64,000 nucleotides of DNA from Escherichia phage ECp13, in sequence record PP274704.1. One strand, written 5' to 3'. Every line of letters starts with the position of its first letter. Position 1 is the stretch's first letter. The notes beneath the pieces are model-generated. The model had not been told where the DNA came from, ran no database searches, and worked only from the letters and a program-made list of their open reading frames with translations. A program made the position numbers and the translations under genes. Positions 45,372 to 60,339 of the stretch are shown here, piece after piece.

Positions 45372-46700
45372 ATGCAACTGAATAATCGCGATTTAAAAAG
45401 TATCATTGATAATGAAGCATTGGCTTATGCTATGTACACGGTTGAAAATCGTGCTATCCCAAATATGATTGATGGATTTAAGCCAGTTCAACGATTTGTT
45501 ATTGCTCGAGCTCTTGATTTGGCACGAGGAAATAAAGATAAGTTTCACAAACTCGCTTCTATTGCAGGTGGTGTAGCAGACCTTGGATATCATCATGGTG
45601 AAAACTCTGCACAAGATGCTGGGGCTTTGATGGCTAATACTTGGAATAATAACTTTCCTTTGTTAGACGGTCAAGGAAACTTTGGTTCTCGTACCGTTCA
45701 AAAAGCAGCGGCAAGTCGTTATATTTTTGCTCGTGTAAGTAAAAATTTCTATAACGTATATAAAGATACTGAATATGCTCCGGTACATCAAGATAAAGAA
45801 CACATTCCGCCTGCTTTCTATTTGCCTATTATTCCTACTGTTCTTCTTAATGGTGTTTCCGGTATTGCAACTGGTTATGCAACTTACATTCTTCCTCATA
45901 GTGTTTCTTCTGTCAAGAAAGCTGTATTGCAAGCTCTTCAAGGAAAGAAAGTAACTAAACCGAAGGTAGAATTCCCAGAATTTCGCGGTGAAGTCGTTGA
46001 AATTGACGGTCAATATGAAATTCGTGGAACATACAAGTTTACTTCACGAACTCAAATGCATATCACTGAGATTCCATATAAGTATGATCGTGAAACTTAC
46101 GTGAGTAAAATCTTAGACCCGCTTGAAGATAAAGGTTTCATTACGTGGGATGATGCTTGCGGTGAGCATGGTTTTGGCTTTAAAGTTAAATTCCGTAAAG
46201 AATACTCTTTGAGTGATAACGAAGAAGAACGTCATGCAAAAATTATGAAAGACTTCGGGTTGATTGAGCGTCGTTCCCAGAATATTACCGTTATTAATGA
46301 GAAAGGAAAACTACAAGTTTACGATAACGTAGTTGATTTAATCAAAGACTTCGTTGAAGTTCGTAAAACTTATGTCCAAAAACGAATTGATAACAAAATC
46401 AAAGAAACTGAATCAGCATTTCGTTTAGCCTTTGCCAAGGCACATTTCATTAAGAAAGTAATTTCAGGTGAAATTGTTGTACAGGGTAAAACTCGCAAAG
46501 AACTGACCGAAGAACTTTCTAAAATTGATATGTATTCTTCTTATGTTGATAAACTAGTTGGAATGAATATTTTTCATATGACTTCCGACGAAGCAAAGAA
46601 ACTTGCTGAAGAAGCTAAAGCTAAAAAAGAAGAAAACGAATATTGGAAAACTACTGATGTAGTTACAGAATACACCAAAGATTTAGAGGAAATCAAATGA
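45372..46700 (+). CDS. 52: Topoisomerase II medium subunit gp52 (GyrA/ParC-like)
   Basis: 442 aa; MQLNNRDLKSIIDNEALAYAMYTVENRAIPNMIDGFKPVQRF matches remembered T4 gp52. Confidence 0.9.
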   Translation: MQLNNRDLKSIIDNEALAYAMYTVENRAIPNMIDGFKPVQRFVIARALDLARGNKDKFHKLASIAGGVADLGYHHGENSAQDAGALMANTWNNNFPLLDGQGNFGSRTVQKAAASRYIFARVSKNFYNVYKDTEYAPVHQDKEHIPPAFYLPIIPTVLLNGVSGIATGYATYILPHSVSSVKKAVLQALQGKKVTKPKVEFPEFRGEVVEIDGQYEIRGTYKFTSRTQMHITEIPYKYDRETYVSKILDPLEDKGFITWDDACGEHGFGFKVKFRKEYSLSDNEEERHAKIMKDFGLIERRSQNITVINEKGKLQVYDNVVDLIKDFVEVRKTYVQKRIDNKIKETESAFRLAFAKAHFIKKVISGEIVVQGKTRKELTEELSKIDMYSSYVDKLVGMNIFHMTSDEAKKLAEEAKAKKEENEYWKTTDVVTEYTKDLEEIK

Positions 46701-46846
46701 GTCCATTCATAGGTATTACAAGCGCTGCATTAGTATCTGGTAGCATTTTACTGGCGGGTTTAGGTGTTGTTCCTGCCGTAGCAGGAGGTCTTCTTGCGTT
46801 CGGAATTCAACGTGTTATCATGACAGTTATCACAGTCATGCAGTAA
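46697..46846 (+). CDS. Hypothetical membrane peptide (49 aa)
   Basis: ATGA overlap with gene 52 stop; terminator follows. Confidence 0.35.
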   Translation: MSPFIGITSAALVSGSILLAGLGVVPAVAGGLLAFGIQRVIMTVITVMQ

Positions 46847-46849
46847 TTT

Positions 46850-46880
46850 TAGGGAGAGCCAAGGCTCTCCCTTTTTTATT
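46850..46880 (+). terminator. Intrinsic terminator GGGAGAGCC-AA-GGCTCTCCC plus T6
   Basis: agggagagccaaggctctccctttttt. Confidence 0.7.
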
Positions 46881-46884
46881 TCAA

Positions 46885-46935
46885 AAATTTTTTCACAAAA
46901 CGGTTTACAACCAAAGCATACTGTGGTATTATACA
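46885..46935 (+). promoter_or_regulatory. Early promoter cassette (GTTTAC, 18 nt, TATTAT)
   Basis: ttttttcacaaaacgGTTTACaaccaaagcatactgtggTATTAT. Confidence 0.55.
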
Positions 46936-46973
46936 ACTATCAACTACTGATACAGAATTACGGAGATTAGAAA

Positions 46974-47609
46974 ATGTCTAAAGTAACTTACATCATCAAA
47001 GCTTCTAACGATGTTCTGAATGAAAAAACTGCTGCGATTTTAATTACCATTGCTAAGAAAGATTTCATTACAGCTGCAGAAGTTCGTGAGGTGCATCCAG
47101 ATTTAGGTAACGCAGTAGTTAATAGTAATATTGGGGTATTGATTAAAAAAGGCCTGGTGGAGAAATCTGGTGATGGATTAATCATTACAGGTGAAGCTCA
47201 GGATATTATTTCAAATGCAGCAACTTTATATGCGCAGGAAAATGCTCCTGAACTGCTGAAAAAACGAGCAACTCGTAAAGCTCGTGAGATTACTTCCGAT
47301 ATGGAAGAAGATAAAGACTTCATGTTAAAACTTTTAGATGAAAATGGATTTGTTCTTAAAAAGGTTGAAACTTACCGCAGTAACTATCTTGCTATTTTAG
47401 AAAAACGCACTCACGGAATTCGTAATTTTGAAATTAATAACAATGGAAATATGCGAATTTTTGGATACAAAATGATGGAACACCATATTCAGAAATTTAC
47501 TGATATCGGAATGTCATGTAAAATCGCTAAAAACGGCAATGTGTATCTTGACATTAAACGCTCAGCAGACAACATTGAAGCAGTAATCACCGTAGCATCC
47601 GAACTGTGA
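46974..47609 (+). CDS. motA: Middle-transcription activator MotA
   Basis: 211 aa; position next to gene 52. Confidence 0.8.
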   Translation: MSKVTYIIKASNDVLNEKTAAILITIAKKDFITAAEVREVHPDLGNAVVNSNIGVLIKKGLVEKSGDGLIITGEAQDIISNAATLYAQENAPELLKKRATRKAREITSDMEEDKDFMLKLLDENGFVLKKVETYRSNYLAILEKRTHGIRNFEINNNGNMRIFGYKMMEHHIQKFTDIGMSCKIAKNGNVYLDIKRSADNIEAVITVASEL

Positions 47610-47619
47610 GGAATAAATA

Positions 47620-47949
47620 ATGAACAAGTTAGAAATTGTTAATGAACTTCGTCGTTGTGCAGAACCCACTCAAGAGGGGTGGGACATCTGGTACCATGGA
47701 GCTTATCTTGGAAGTATCGTAAAGATTAAGACTGGTAAATACATGATTATTCGTGAAAGTAAAGATGCTCCAGTAGGTATTCGCAATAATTTTATGGCAG
47801 CGATAAGTTCCTTTACAGATTCAGCTTATGAAATTTATCTCGCCGATTGTAAAGAATTCCAGGAATCTCAACCGGTTATTCGCTCAATTGGTGTTAACAA
47901 AGCACAGCAGAAAACTTTGTGGCAGCGTATTAAAGGATGGTTTAAATGA
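47620..47949 (+). CDS. Hypothetical protein (109 aa)
   Basis: ORF track. Confidence 0.5.
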   Translation: MNKLEIVNELRRCAEPTQEGWDIWYHGAYLGSIVKIKTGKYMIIRESKDAPVGIRNNFMAAISSFTDSAYEIYLADCKEFQESQPVIRSIGVNKAQQKTLWQRIKGWFK

Positions 47950-48407
47950 ACCCATTTATTAATCGTTTAAAAATGCTGAATGTGCCTTTATCTCGTGAAA
48001 CTCCAGAAAGTCTTGTTGAAAAATTTAAAGCGCATGGTTATAAATGCACAGAAGAAGATATTCTTACAGAAGTTCCTGAAATCTGTTGGCAGACTGCGTA
48101 TTGGGACGAAAACCAAAAATATCAACGACGAATTGTTTGCGCAGCCAACCGTTTTAAATTAAAAGATGGACGAACTCTTGTTATTCCGGGTGCTCGTCAT
48201 TATTCTAAAGATATGGCAGAAGTTTTAGATGTAGTTAAACCTCAATTAGTTACTCAACAAGTTTGTGATGATGACCAAGGGTTTATTGATCAGTATAGTA
48301 ATTATTGGACACGTGAAGAAGCAATGATTATTGCAACTTACGCCGGACAAGTACGTATTGAACGCGGTGGTAGTGAAAAAGAACTTTACTCTGAGGACCT
48401 TTACTAA
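47946..48407 (+). CDS. Hypothetical protein (153 aa)
   Basis: ORF track; ATGA overlap. Confidence 0.55.
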   Translation: MNPFINRLKMLNVPLSRETPESLVEKFKAHGYKCTEEDILTEVPEICWQTAYWDENQKYQRRIVCAANRFKLKDGRTLVIPGARHYSKDMAEVLDVVKPQLVTQQVCDDDQGFIDQYSNYWTREEAMIIATYAGQVRIERGGSEKELYSEDLY

Positions 48408-48703
48408 TGAATATTAAAAAGTTTCAAATTGATGGAATTAAGAATCAAATCCAGGCGTTGGAATATGCCAATAAAATGATGTCAACTAATTGGGGAATTT
48501 ATGCCAATGAACCGGCATTTCAATTCTGTAATATGGAATTCACGAAAAAGCTCGTAGGAAAAGATTATGTATGTCCATTTAGTTCTCCAGTAAATGGAAT
48601 GTTAAAACCTGCTTTACGCGATCTTTATATTGCGATGAACGAAGAAATGATAAAAGAACTAAAACGTCAACTGAAGGTGATTCAATTTGGCCAGGGAAAT
48701 TAA
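48407..48703 (+). CDS. Hypothetical protein (98 aa)
   Basis: ORF track. Confidence 0.5.
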   Translation: MNIKKFQIDGIKNQIQALEYANKMMSTNWGIYANEPAFQFCNMEFTKKLVGKDYVCPFSSPVNGMLKPALRDLYIAMNEEMIKELKRQLKVIQFGQGN

Positions 48704-48905
48704 TTCAAAATCCGATTATTTTAATTCTCTCAATGATAAAGATAAAAATTTAATACGGCATTTTATTGTTGAGATGGGATATACTGACACACGTGATTTA
48801 AGAGAACATATATTTGAATGTGGTGTAGCTAAAAAGTTTTCATTCACATGCAAATGTTTGAGAGAGGTAATTCAGCACTATGAACAATTTAGTCGCAAAA
48901 CATAA
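48687..48905 (+). CDS. Hypothetical protein (72 aa), TTG start only
   Basis: ORF track; no ATG near 5' end. Confidence 0.3.
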   Translation: MAREINSKSDYFNSLNDKDKNLIRHFIVEMGYTDTRDLREHIFECGVAKKFSFTCKCLREVIQHYEQFSRKT

Positions 48906-48988
48906 TTTTAATAAAGCTTCTGTCCATAAGGATAAGAAGAAAGCGTTTAAAGAATCTAATCGCAAACAGAAACATAAGGGGAAGGTCT

Positions 48989-49267
48989 ATGATTATTGAT
49001 TCTCAGTCTGTGGTTCAATACACAATCAAAATTGATATTCTAGAAAAGCTATATAAGTTTTTACCAAATTTATACCACTCAATTGTTAATGAATTAGTTG
49101 AAGAACTGCATCTTGAGAATAATGATTTCTTGGTTGGAACTTATAAAGACCTCTCAAAAGCAGGATATTTTTACGTAATTCCAGCTCCAGGAAAAAGTAT
49201 TGATGATGTATTAAAAACTATAATGATTTATGTCCATGATTATGAAATTGAAGATTATTTCGAATGA
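48989..49267 (+). CDS. arn: Arn (anti-restriction nuclease, McrBC inhibitor), probable
   Basis: 92 aa ORF with AAGGGGAAGG SD, two genes upstream of asiA. Confidence 0.5.
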   Translation: MIIDSQSVVQYTIKIDILEKLYKFLPNLYHSIVNELVEELHLENNDFLVGTYKDLSKAGYFYVIPAPGKSIDDVLKTIMIYVHDYEIEDYFE

Positions 49268-49416
49268 GTCATAATCTTGAAAAGGTAATCGAGCATAATG
49301 TAGCTCAGGAACGTAAGTCGTTCAAGGAATTCGTAGAAAAAATTTTTGAAGAAAATACTACAGACCAGTTTACAAATCAAGCGTCTGATGATATTATAAC
49401 AAAGTCAACTAATTGA
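49264..49416 (+). CDS. Hypothetical protein (50 aa)
   Basis: ATGA overlap with arn stop. Confidence 0.3.
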   Translation: MSHNLEKVIEHNVAQERKSFKEFVEKIFEENTTDQFTNQASDDIITKSTN

Positions 49417-49428
49417 GTGGTATAGTTA

Positions 49429-49701
49429 ATGAATAAAAATATTGATACAGTTCGTGAAATTATTACTGTTGCGTCTATTTTGATTAAATTTTCCAGAGAA
49501 GATATTGTTGAGAATCGCGCTAATTTTATTGCATTTCTGAATGAGATTGGAGTAACGCATGAAGGTAGAAAGTTAAATCAGAATTCATTCCGTAAAATTG
49601 TTTCTGAATTAACTCAAGAAGATAAGAAAACCCTCATCGACGAATTCAACGAGGGTTTTGAGGGTGTATATCGATATCTAGAGATGTATACAAACAAATA
49701 A
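49429..49701 (+). CDS. asiA: Anti-sigma70 factor AsiA
   Basis: 90 aa; MNKNIDTVREIITVASILIKFSREDIVENRANFIAFLNEIGVTHEG matches remembered T4 AsiA. Confidence 0.85.
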   Translation: MNKNIDTVREIITVASILIKFSREDIVENRANFIAFLNEIGVTHEGRKLNQNSFRKIVSELTQEDKKTLIDEFNEGFEGVYRYLEMYTNK

Positions 49702-50358
49702 TTATTTAGCCCTTCCTAATATTCTGGCCGCCTGAGCACATATTGATTCAAGGCGGTCATTACTTATATGATCATTTCTATACCAGTACATGGTTATTGT
49801 TCCAGCATAGATATTATCCAAATTGAAATATGGACAACTGTACATGTAATTTATTTCGGGAGTAGGCTTTTTAGTCGGTAAAAAAGCAAATTTTGAGTTG
49901 GAATAATAATGACGTCCATTTAAATGAACTGCATATTCATCCATAGTTTTATCAACAGGATATCCTCCAAGTGATTTTTCACTTATTGTTGAAGGTAATT
50001 TTCCTTCATATGCTATAATATCAACAAAATAGTTTAAGTTTTTAGGGCGGAAAGAATACACCGCACTAAAGTCTGCCTCAGATGATATATGAACTATCTG
50101 GAGTTGTTCCAGGGCGACAGATTCAAAGCGTGCATTTCTTTCCTTTTCAATAATTTCACTGTATGTTTCATACTTTGATTGCTTATAGTACTCAAAGAAA
50201 CTATCTCCCCTATACCAAACAATCGCCATTATAAACAAAAGAATTACGACAGCTACCCGGGAAGCAAGAACTTTCCCGGTAGCGTTATCTTTGAACAAGC
50301 GATCTAGAACACCAAACAGAACATCAGAGGGCGAAAATGATATTCTAGGTGCTGCCAT
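49702..50358 (-). CDS. t: Holin T
   Basis: 218 aa; MAAPRISFSPSD...; one N-terminal TM helix plus large periplasmic domain. Confidence 0.9.
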   Translation of the reverse strand: MAAPRISFSPSDVLFGVLDRLFKDNATGKVLASRVAVVILLFIMAIVWYRGDSFFEYYKQSKYETYSEIIEKERNARFESVALEQLQIVHISSEADFSAVYSFRPKNLNYFVDIIAYEGKLPSTISEKSLGGYPVDKTMDEYAVHLNGRHYYSNSKFAFLPTKKPTPEINYMYSCPYFNLDNIYAGTITMYWYRNDHISNDRLESICAQAARILGRAK

Positions 50359-50388
50359 AGACCCTCCTTTTAAGGATATTTATTCAAA

Positions 50389-54511
<4,123 letters not shown>

Positions 54512-54519
54512 AAGTCCTC

Positions 54520-55176
54520 TTAATAATAGCCGAAATCTTGAACAGAATCCTTAATAACAATTTGATCAAATCGTGGAACATGCGAAGGTTGAGATGCAGG
54601 ATTCTGTGAAAAAAGGTTTGGCGCGGTTAAGTTACCTGTCATAGTATCTCCAGAGCGTAATACCCTAGAGTTTGCGTTTGCTGTAACAATATTTATTGCT
54701 CCATCGACATAATCTTTCCGCGTGAGGTCATAATTATTTACTGGAGATAATGAAGTTGCGCGTATTTGTGATGCTTCAATTACGCCCTTTGAGCTAATAT
54801 CTCCATTTCGTGTGTTAATTACTACAGTTCTACCTGCTGTTCCTTGTGATGATTTAAAACCAATACCATACCACGAAACAATATCCATATTTGTAGTATC
54901 ATACGTGGCATTATCACCAGGACCAGCAAAAATACCATTGTCACCTGACCCTGCACCGGGAACAGTCATTCCTTTATTAAAAATTACTTTATTTAAATAC
55001 GTGCCACCATTAGCTTTAGAAACGAAATCATTATCAGCAGCTTGTGGTTTATTATATTCTGAATATATTTTAAATGATTTATAGAGTACATCGTCACCGG
55101 CTGGATTCAATGGAAAATTTCCTTGATGCCAAATGACAGAGCCTCCAGTTGTTGAACCTACTTTTAAATCAGCCAT
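54520..55176 (-). CDS. 36: Long tail fiber subunit gp36
   Basis: 218 aa; immediately upstream of gp37. Confidence 0.8.
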   Translation of the reverse strand: MADLKVGSTTGGSVIWHQGNFPLNPAGDDVLYKSFKIYSEYNKPQAADNDFVSKANGGTYLNKVIFNKGMTVPGAGSGDNGIFAGPGDNATYDTTNMDIVSWYGIGFKSSQGTAGRTVVINTRNGDISSKGVIEASQIRATSLSPVNNYDLTRKDYVDGAINIVTANANSRVLRSGDTMTGNLTAPNLFSQNPASQPSHVPRFDQIVIKDSVQDFGYY

Positions 55177-55199
55177 TGTATGCCCCTTTATTTTAATAG

Positions 55200-55207
55200 T
55201 ATTTATA
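55200..55207 (-). promoter_or_regulatory. Late promoter TATAAATA (minus strand) for gene 36
   Basis: plus strand TATTTATA, 24 nt upstream of gp36 ATG. Confidence 0.5.
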
Positions 55208-55210
55208 AAG

Positions 55211-55234
55211 AAAAAGGGAACCCGAAGGCTCCCT
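55211..55234 (-). terminator. Hairpin with UUCG loop and T-run downstream of gene 35 (minus strand)
   Basis: plus strand gggaacccgaaggctccc with flanking A-run. Confidence 0.5.
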
Positions 55235-55238
55235 CAAT

Positions 55239-56354
55239 TTAAACTTCTCTAAATTCTTGTCCAAACACTTTACCAGTTTTAGACGATGCTTGTGTAGGAA
55301 GTACCATTATATCCGGAGGTGAAGCAGATTCACAGACATAATTAACTCGAATACCATTGACGCCAAATTCAGCAGGTTTTGAAATTCCGCCATTTCTTGA
55401 TACTTCAGAAAAGCTTAAATTTTTCATGCCACCTTGACCTGCTTGCGCAGTTCTTTGTGCATATATCGTAAATCCTACTGCATTTTCTGGAATAACTACA
55501 TAATCTTCCTTTAATTCCCATGACCCAGCTTGTCCAGTAAACTCGGCATGTGTTGAAGAAATATATCCATTCGATTCATCATAAAAACGGATAGATATAT
55601 TTGTAGTTCCAAGCGCAAGTAAATCTGCATCAGCATATAACTGCGCTTTAAGATAAAGAACATCGCCAGGAATTAAATTATAATCAGAGAGTTTACTTAT
55701 TGCGGATGAAGTTGGTAAACGTGCAATTTCGTTATTAGTTCCACCGACTGCTGACATAAATTGCTCCACGCTTTCATATGTTCTTTTAGGAAATCCCGTA
55801 GCTCCAACGTCTTCTAAACTGTCAAATACAACATCTAAAATAGTTTGATAGTCATCTGTGCTTTTTCTATTACTTAGTTTAACATGTTCTAATGCAATAG
55901 CTCCTTTGGAAGAAGTATAAAAGGCAGCATATGATACGTCAAATCTTGACAATAAAGAATCAGATGGAAAAGCAGACGTTCCTGCTGCTCTTAACCAAGA
56001 TACTACTTCAGGAGGAAAATTAACCTTTCCGCTAGTTAATATAGCAACAAGTCTGTTATTCGCCAAAGAATTCATGAAACTAACAAAAGCAGCTGATGTA
56101 GTATCATTTGAAGTCGAAAAAGCATATGACTTACTATCAACTAATGCTCCAGTGGAAGGGTCAAAAACTCTTAAATGAAGACCTGCGCTAAATGTTTGGC
56201 TTCCAACAAGATTATCCTGAAATTTAACATATGGACCTGCTGTAGAAAGCGGGCAAGAACCCGCTATACTTATTTTATATCTTACTGAATTGCTTTCCGA
56301 TAAAAATGGCGTTTGGACATATCCTTGTCCAAACTCTGCCATAAATTTTTCCAT
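55239..56354 (-). CDS. 35: Long tail fiber hinge protein gp35
   Basis: 371 aa; between 34 and 36. Confidence 0.8.
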   Translation of the reverse strand: MEKFMAEFGQGYVQTPFLSESNSVRYKISIAGSCPLSTAGPYVKFQDNLVGSQTFSAGLHLRVFDPSTGALVDSKSYAFSTSNDTTSAAFVSFMNSLANNRLVAILTSGKVNFPPEVVSWLRAAGTSAFPSDSLLSRFDVSYAAFYTSSKGAIALEHVKLSNRKSTDDYQTILDVVFDSLEDVGATGFPKRTYESVEQFMSAVGGTNNEIARLPTSSAISKLSDYNLIPGDVLYLKAQLYADADLLALGTTNISIRFYDESNGYISSTHAEFTGQAGSWELKEDYVVIPENAVGFTIYAQRTAQAGQGGMKNLSFSEVSRNGGISKPAEFGVNGIRVNYVCESASPPDIMVLPTQASSKTGKVFGQEFREV

Positions 56355-56362
56355 AATACCTC

Positions 56363-59300
56363 TTATTCAACCCATTCAAATTTAACCGTTTTATTCACTG
56401 GGTCAGGAATAATGCGAACATTACCAATTCGTAAGAAATCACGAATAGTAAGATTCCCCATTATAGCATTATCAGATGGTAAAGCACCGATATCAGATGG
56501 CTGAGGAGGGTTACCTCCATCAAATACCTGAACAAAACTTGACCAAGAGTTTTTGGTTTTCTGCCATGTACGCGTCCAGCGAGTGGTACGTGCTTCTGGA
56601 GTCGTTGGATAAGTAATCCAATCTTGGTAAAGTGAATCGAGTGTGTTACCAAACTGAGTCAATGTACCAGGAGATTTAACCTCTTCGCCACGTTCTAAGT
56701 ATGGAAGCCCAGTCACTTCATTAGTTTTTTCAACCATTTCAAAATAACCCGGGAACTGGTTATAAGTGGCTGAATCATTAATATCGATTGACCAGAATCC
56801 TACAGTATCAGATGTTGGCGCACGGGTATATAAGTCAGATGTTTTAACACCTTGAGAACGAATTCTCGAGTTAACAGTCAAACCACCTGAATTTATAGTA
56901 GCACCTTTGGCAATGATTAAGCTTTCACCAATCGTTACTTGACCAGATGCATTATTAATAGTTAATGGACGTAATCCATTAAATCCACCAGTCTGATCGC
57001 CCGATGCAGTAAGCATAAAATTCGTTACTGACCCGTCATTGCGAACAATAAAACCATAATTTCCGTTAATAGCACGGAAAGCATTTGCGCTTCGAGAAAT
57101 AATTTCACCACTTGCAGTGACTGAATTACCAAATGTTGCTACACCATTTGCATTCAATGTTCCTAAAGCATTCACATTTATTGGCATTACAGTACCATTA
57201 ATGCTAAATGCTATATTACCATCTTTATCGCGTTGAGAATAAAAGTGATAAGATGTTTCATCACTAACTTCAAATACGGTAGAACGTGTTGTGTTTGATT
57301 CCCCACTAAATTGATTCCCCCACACGCTGACTGTCATCGTTTGAGCCGGGTTCGTTCCAGTTTGAGGTCCTTTCTCAAAAATCAGACGAGTTGCTGTTCC
57401 ATCAGTATTAGAAATAGTTAGTGTACTATTTGCCGAAACTGATCCACCAAACGTAGCAGTACTAGATGATACAAGAGGGGCACTCAGATTCGTTTGTTGT
57501 GTTAAGGTTAGTGAACCATTAACCGTCTGCGCAATATCCCTACGAATGAACTGGGATGAATCTAGACCATCCAATAAATTACTATCTGCAGCTTTTGCTT
57601 TTAACGGCAAATAATTTGCTAATACACGGTTTAATTCATATGGCGATACTGCATAGCTATTTTTTTCGTATAATTCTAATGACTGTGTTGAACCAACGGT
57701 ATCATTACCAACGAATGTAATTGAACCAGATGAAGTTTTAACAAAACCTCTTACCAGAGTAGTTGCTGCCCAAGTAGGTTCACTCTGTACAATCCATTTT
57801 AAATTTTTTGGAGATACAGCAGTATTTGCTGACGTTCCAGCTACAGTTTCAACCTGAGTTGCAACTTTAATAACGCCTTCTTGCGCTTCAGTAGATTTAG
57901 TACCTAAAAGCTTTTTAGGAGTTATTAGAACATTATCTAATGTTCCTGCAGCAGCTTCAACTTGTGTAGCCACACGAAGTGTACCACGCTGTGTCTCATT
58001 TGCTTCAAGAATATTAAGGGTATAATGGTCCCAGAGAGTTCCTGATTCAACTAATCCAGATAGAGCAACAACAGAAGTACGATCAGTACTATTAAATCTA
58101 GTTTTAATTTTTAATGGTGTAGAGATACGAGTATCGTCGACGCCTGCGTCGAATTCAACTTGTGTAGCAATTTCAGCTATACCACTTAAACTTTCAGTTG
58201 CTTTACGGTCATTTAAAGTTTTAGGAGTGACTGCACGAGTATAATCAGTTCCAGTATTAACTTCACTTTGCGTAGCAATTTCAATTAAACCAATTCTTCC
58301 ATCAGTTGATGTCTTTTTATGTAACGTTTCTGGCGTTACAACCGCATTTGCCCATCCTTCTTGACTCTGTCCAGCAATTACTTCACTTTCAACTGCTAAA
58401 ATTACTGCGCCTTGCTGTGTTGGAGTAGCTTTATACTGATCCAGTGCTTTAGGCGAAACAACTAAATTATTAGTGTTTTTATTGTAAACATTTGTACCAT
58501 TTAATTCACGACTAGAAGCTGGAGTAGCTCCTGCAGTAGATACAAAGGTTACAATACCAGATAATGATTCAGAACCTTGTCGAGCTTGAAGCTTTTTAGG
58601 AGTGATGATTGTAGTATCATCAGTACCTGCGTTAGTTTCTTGCTGTGTAGCAATTTCAGCAACACCTCTACGAGTTTCTGTAGCAGTTCTTTCATTCAGC
58701 TTTTTAGGAGTGATGATAATATCGTCAGCAAAAGAGAACGTAGTATCCTGATTCACTTGAGCGGTAGTTGCTATTCTTGCGATACCTCTACGAGTTTCTG
58801 TAGCAGTACGGTTAGCTAATGTTTCTGGAGTAATTGCTAATTCTTTTTGTGGAGAATTTTCTAAATCGACGTTAGCTTGAGCTTGTGTAGCTAAAGCAAT
58901 TACACCTAATCTTGCTCTAGTAGAATTATTTAAAGAATCGACTCTTTCAACCGTTGGAACGTTTTGCTGTACAACCCAGTATTTTCCGTCAGAATCTTCG
59001 ATATAAGCAAGTTGTAAAACTGGAACATAATTAGTTTCACCGTTAAAAACTAATTCTTGAACAGTCACCCATTCAGCCTCAGGCGGATATTCTGAACGTT
59101 TTGGGAATTGCAGCAATTGAACTGAAGAAGCAATTTTATCTTCACCGGCAGCTTTGATTTTAACTGTTTGGCCTTTTCTCATGTAATTCATGGAAATTTT
59201 AACAGTATCACCAATTGAAATATCGGTCGGAAGCTGAAGCTCAATCGTTTGAGTTGTTCCGTTATTCGCACCAAATACCATAACTTCTTCATTTGGACGA

Positions 59301-60235
59301 ATATTAGAATTAGTTGTTATAACGCGTAAACGTGCTTTACTATCCCCGTCAAATAATCTCCATAATTTCTCATTATCATCATACATCAAGAAACCATCAA
59401 TAGATGTACGGCCTTCAATGGAATGAGTTCCATCTTCTTGTACTGATGTAGTTTCATCATATGTAGTAACAATTGTATGATAAAGAGGATTTAATTTATC
59501 TAAATCAACGAAATTAATAATATCGCCATGATTAGCAAATCTCGGAAGTTTAATATTTATCGGTGCAGCAGAAGTAAATCTGCGCACGATAAAATCGTTT
59601 GACTGCGCCTGGTAGAGACTTGCTGGCGTCACAACTACCGCTTCTCTGCTATAATCAGCCACATACATTTGCCACAGACGATTACTAAAAATTAAAACTA
59701 TCTGTGATTTTGGATGTGTCATTAGTACTGATCGTACTTGTTCGCCTCTAAAGTTTACAATACTTTGCACTGGAGCTACAATTAAAACTTGGTTAACTCC
59801 GGGTTTTCCACCAATATCTTGAAGAACGATAGTATCTCCATCAATTGGAGAAGTTGGCAAAGTAAATGTGATATCATTTCCTGCTGCAGTATTAACTGAA
59901 ATTGATTCACCTGACTTTAATTGATAAGGTCCTGACGAAACAGTTGTCCAGTTTGCATCAGTACGTAATGCTCTCCAGCGCACGCTATTAAAAGCTCCTG
60001 CCGGTTTTGGAATATCATTTATAGCAGCCCAAAAGCGGTTATCATAAATGATTACAAAATCTTTTAAATATCCACGAGTTGGATCGTATTGTTGAACTGT
60101 GTTTTCTTGAATTAGGTAATCAACGTTAACACCGTCAGTTCCTACGGCACGATCAGCTAAAGCTACGTTGATTATTTTATCGCCACCTGCGTCCAGACCA
60201 TCTTCTGCTCTGAACTTTCTTTTAATCTCGGCCAT
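56363..60235 (-). CDS. 34: Long tail fiber proximal subunit gp34
   Basis: 1290 aa; repetitive beta-rich sequence. Confidence 0.85.
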   Translation of the reverse strand: MAEIKRKFRAEDGLDAGGDKIINVALADRAVGTDGVNVDYLIQENTVQQYDPTRGYLKDFVIIYDNRFWAAINDIPKPAGAFNSVRWRALRTDANWTTVSSGPYQLKSGESISVNTAAGNDITFTLPTSPIDGDTIVLQDIGGKPGVNQVLIVAPVQSIVNFRGEQVRSVLMTHPKSQIVLIFSNRLWQMYVADYSREAVVVTPASLYQAQSNDFIVRRFTSAAPINIKLPRFANHGDIINFVDLDKLNPLYHTIVTTYDETTSVQEDGTHSIEGRTSIDGFLMYDDNEKLWRLFDGDSKARLRVITTNSNIRPNEEVMVFGANNGTTQTIELQLPTDISIGDTVKISMNYMRKGQTVKIKAAGEDKIASSVQLLQFPKRSEYPPEAEWVTVQELVFNGETNYVPVLQLAYIEDSDGKYWVVQQNVPTVERVDSLNNSTRARLGVIALATQAQANVDLENSPQKELAITPETLANRTATETRRGIARIATTAQVNQDTTFSFADDIIITPKKLNERTATETRRGVAEIATQQETNAGTDDTTIITPKKLQARQGSESLSGIVTFVSTAGATPASSRELNGTNVYNKNTNNLVVSPKALDQYKATPTQQGAVILAVESEVIAGQSQEGWANAVVTPETLHKKTSTDGRIGLIEIATQSEVNTGTDYTRAVTPKTLNDRKATESLSGIAEIATQVEFDAGVDDTRISTPLKIKTRFNSTDRTSVVALSGLVESGTLWDHYTLNILEANETQRGTLRVATQVEAAAGTLDNVLITPKKLLGTKSTEAQEGVIKVATQVETVAGTSANTAVSPKNLKWIVQSEPTWAATTLVRGFVKTSSGSITFVGNDTVGSTQSLELYEKNSYAVSPYELNRVLANYLPLKAKAADSNLLDGLDSSQFIRRDIAQTVNGSLTLTQQTNLSAPLVSSSTATFGGSVSANSTLTISNTDGTATRLIFEKGPQTGTNPAQTMTVSVWGNQFSGESNTTRSTVFEVSDETSYHFYSQRDKDGNIAFSINGTVMPINVNALGTLNANGVATFGNSVTASGEIISRSANAFRAINGNYGFIVRNDGSVTNFMLTASGDQTGGFNGLRPLTINNASGQVTIGESLIIAKGATINSGGLTVNSRIRSQGVKTSDLYTRAPTSDTVGFWSIDINDSATYNQFPGYFEMVEKTNEVTGLPYLERGEEVKSPGTLTQFGNTLDSLYQDWITYPTTPEARTTRWTRTWQKTKNSWSSFVQVFDGGNPPQPSDIGALPSDNAIMGNLTIRDFLRIGNVRIIPDPVNKTVKFEWVE

Positions 60236-60269
60236 TCTCCCGGGCTCCTATTGTGTTTTCAATAATAAG

Positions 60270-60277
60270 TATTTATA
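60270..60277 (-). promoter_or_regulatory. Late promoter TATAAATA (minus strand) for gene 34
   Basis: plus strand TATTTATA; AGGAG SD before gp34 ATG. Confidence 0.55.
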
Positions 60278-60312
60278 CTTGTTTACTTTAAGATTTGGAT
60301 AGTATATAATAG
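60275..60312 (+). promoter_or_regulatory. Early promoter (GTTTAC, 18 nt, TATAAT) for rnh
   Basis: gtttactttaagatttggatagtatataat; divergent from gene 34 late promoter. Confidence 0.5.
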
Positions 60313-60339
60313 AAATCTCACTAATTGAACGAGGTTCAT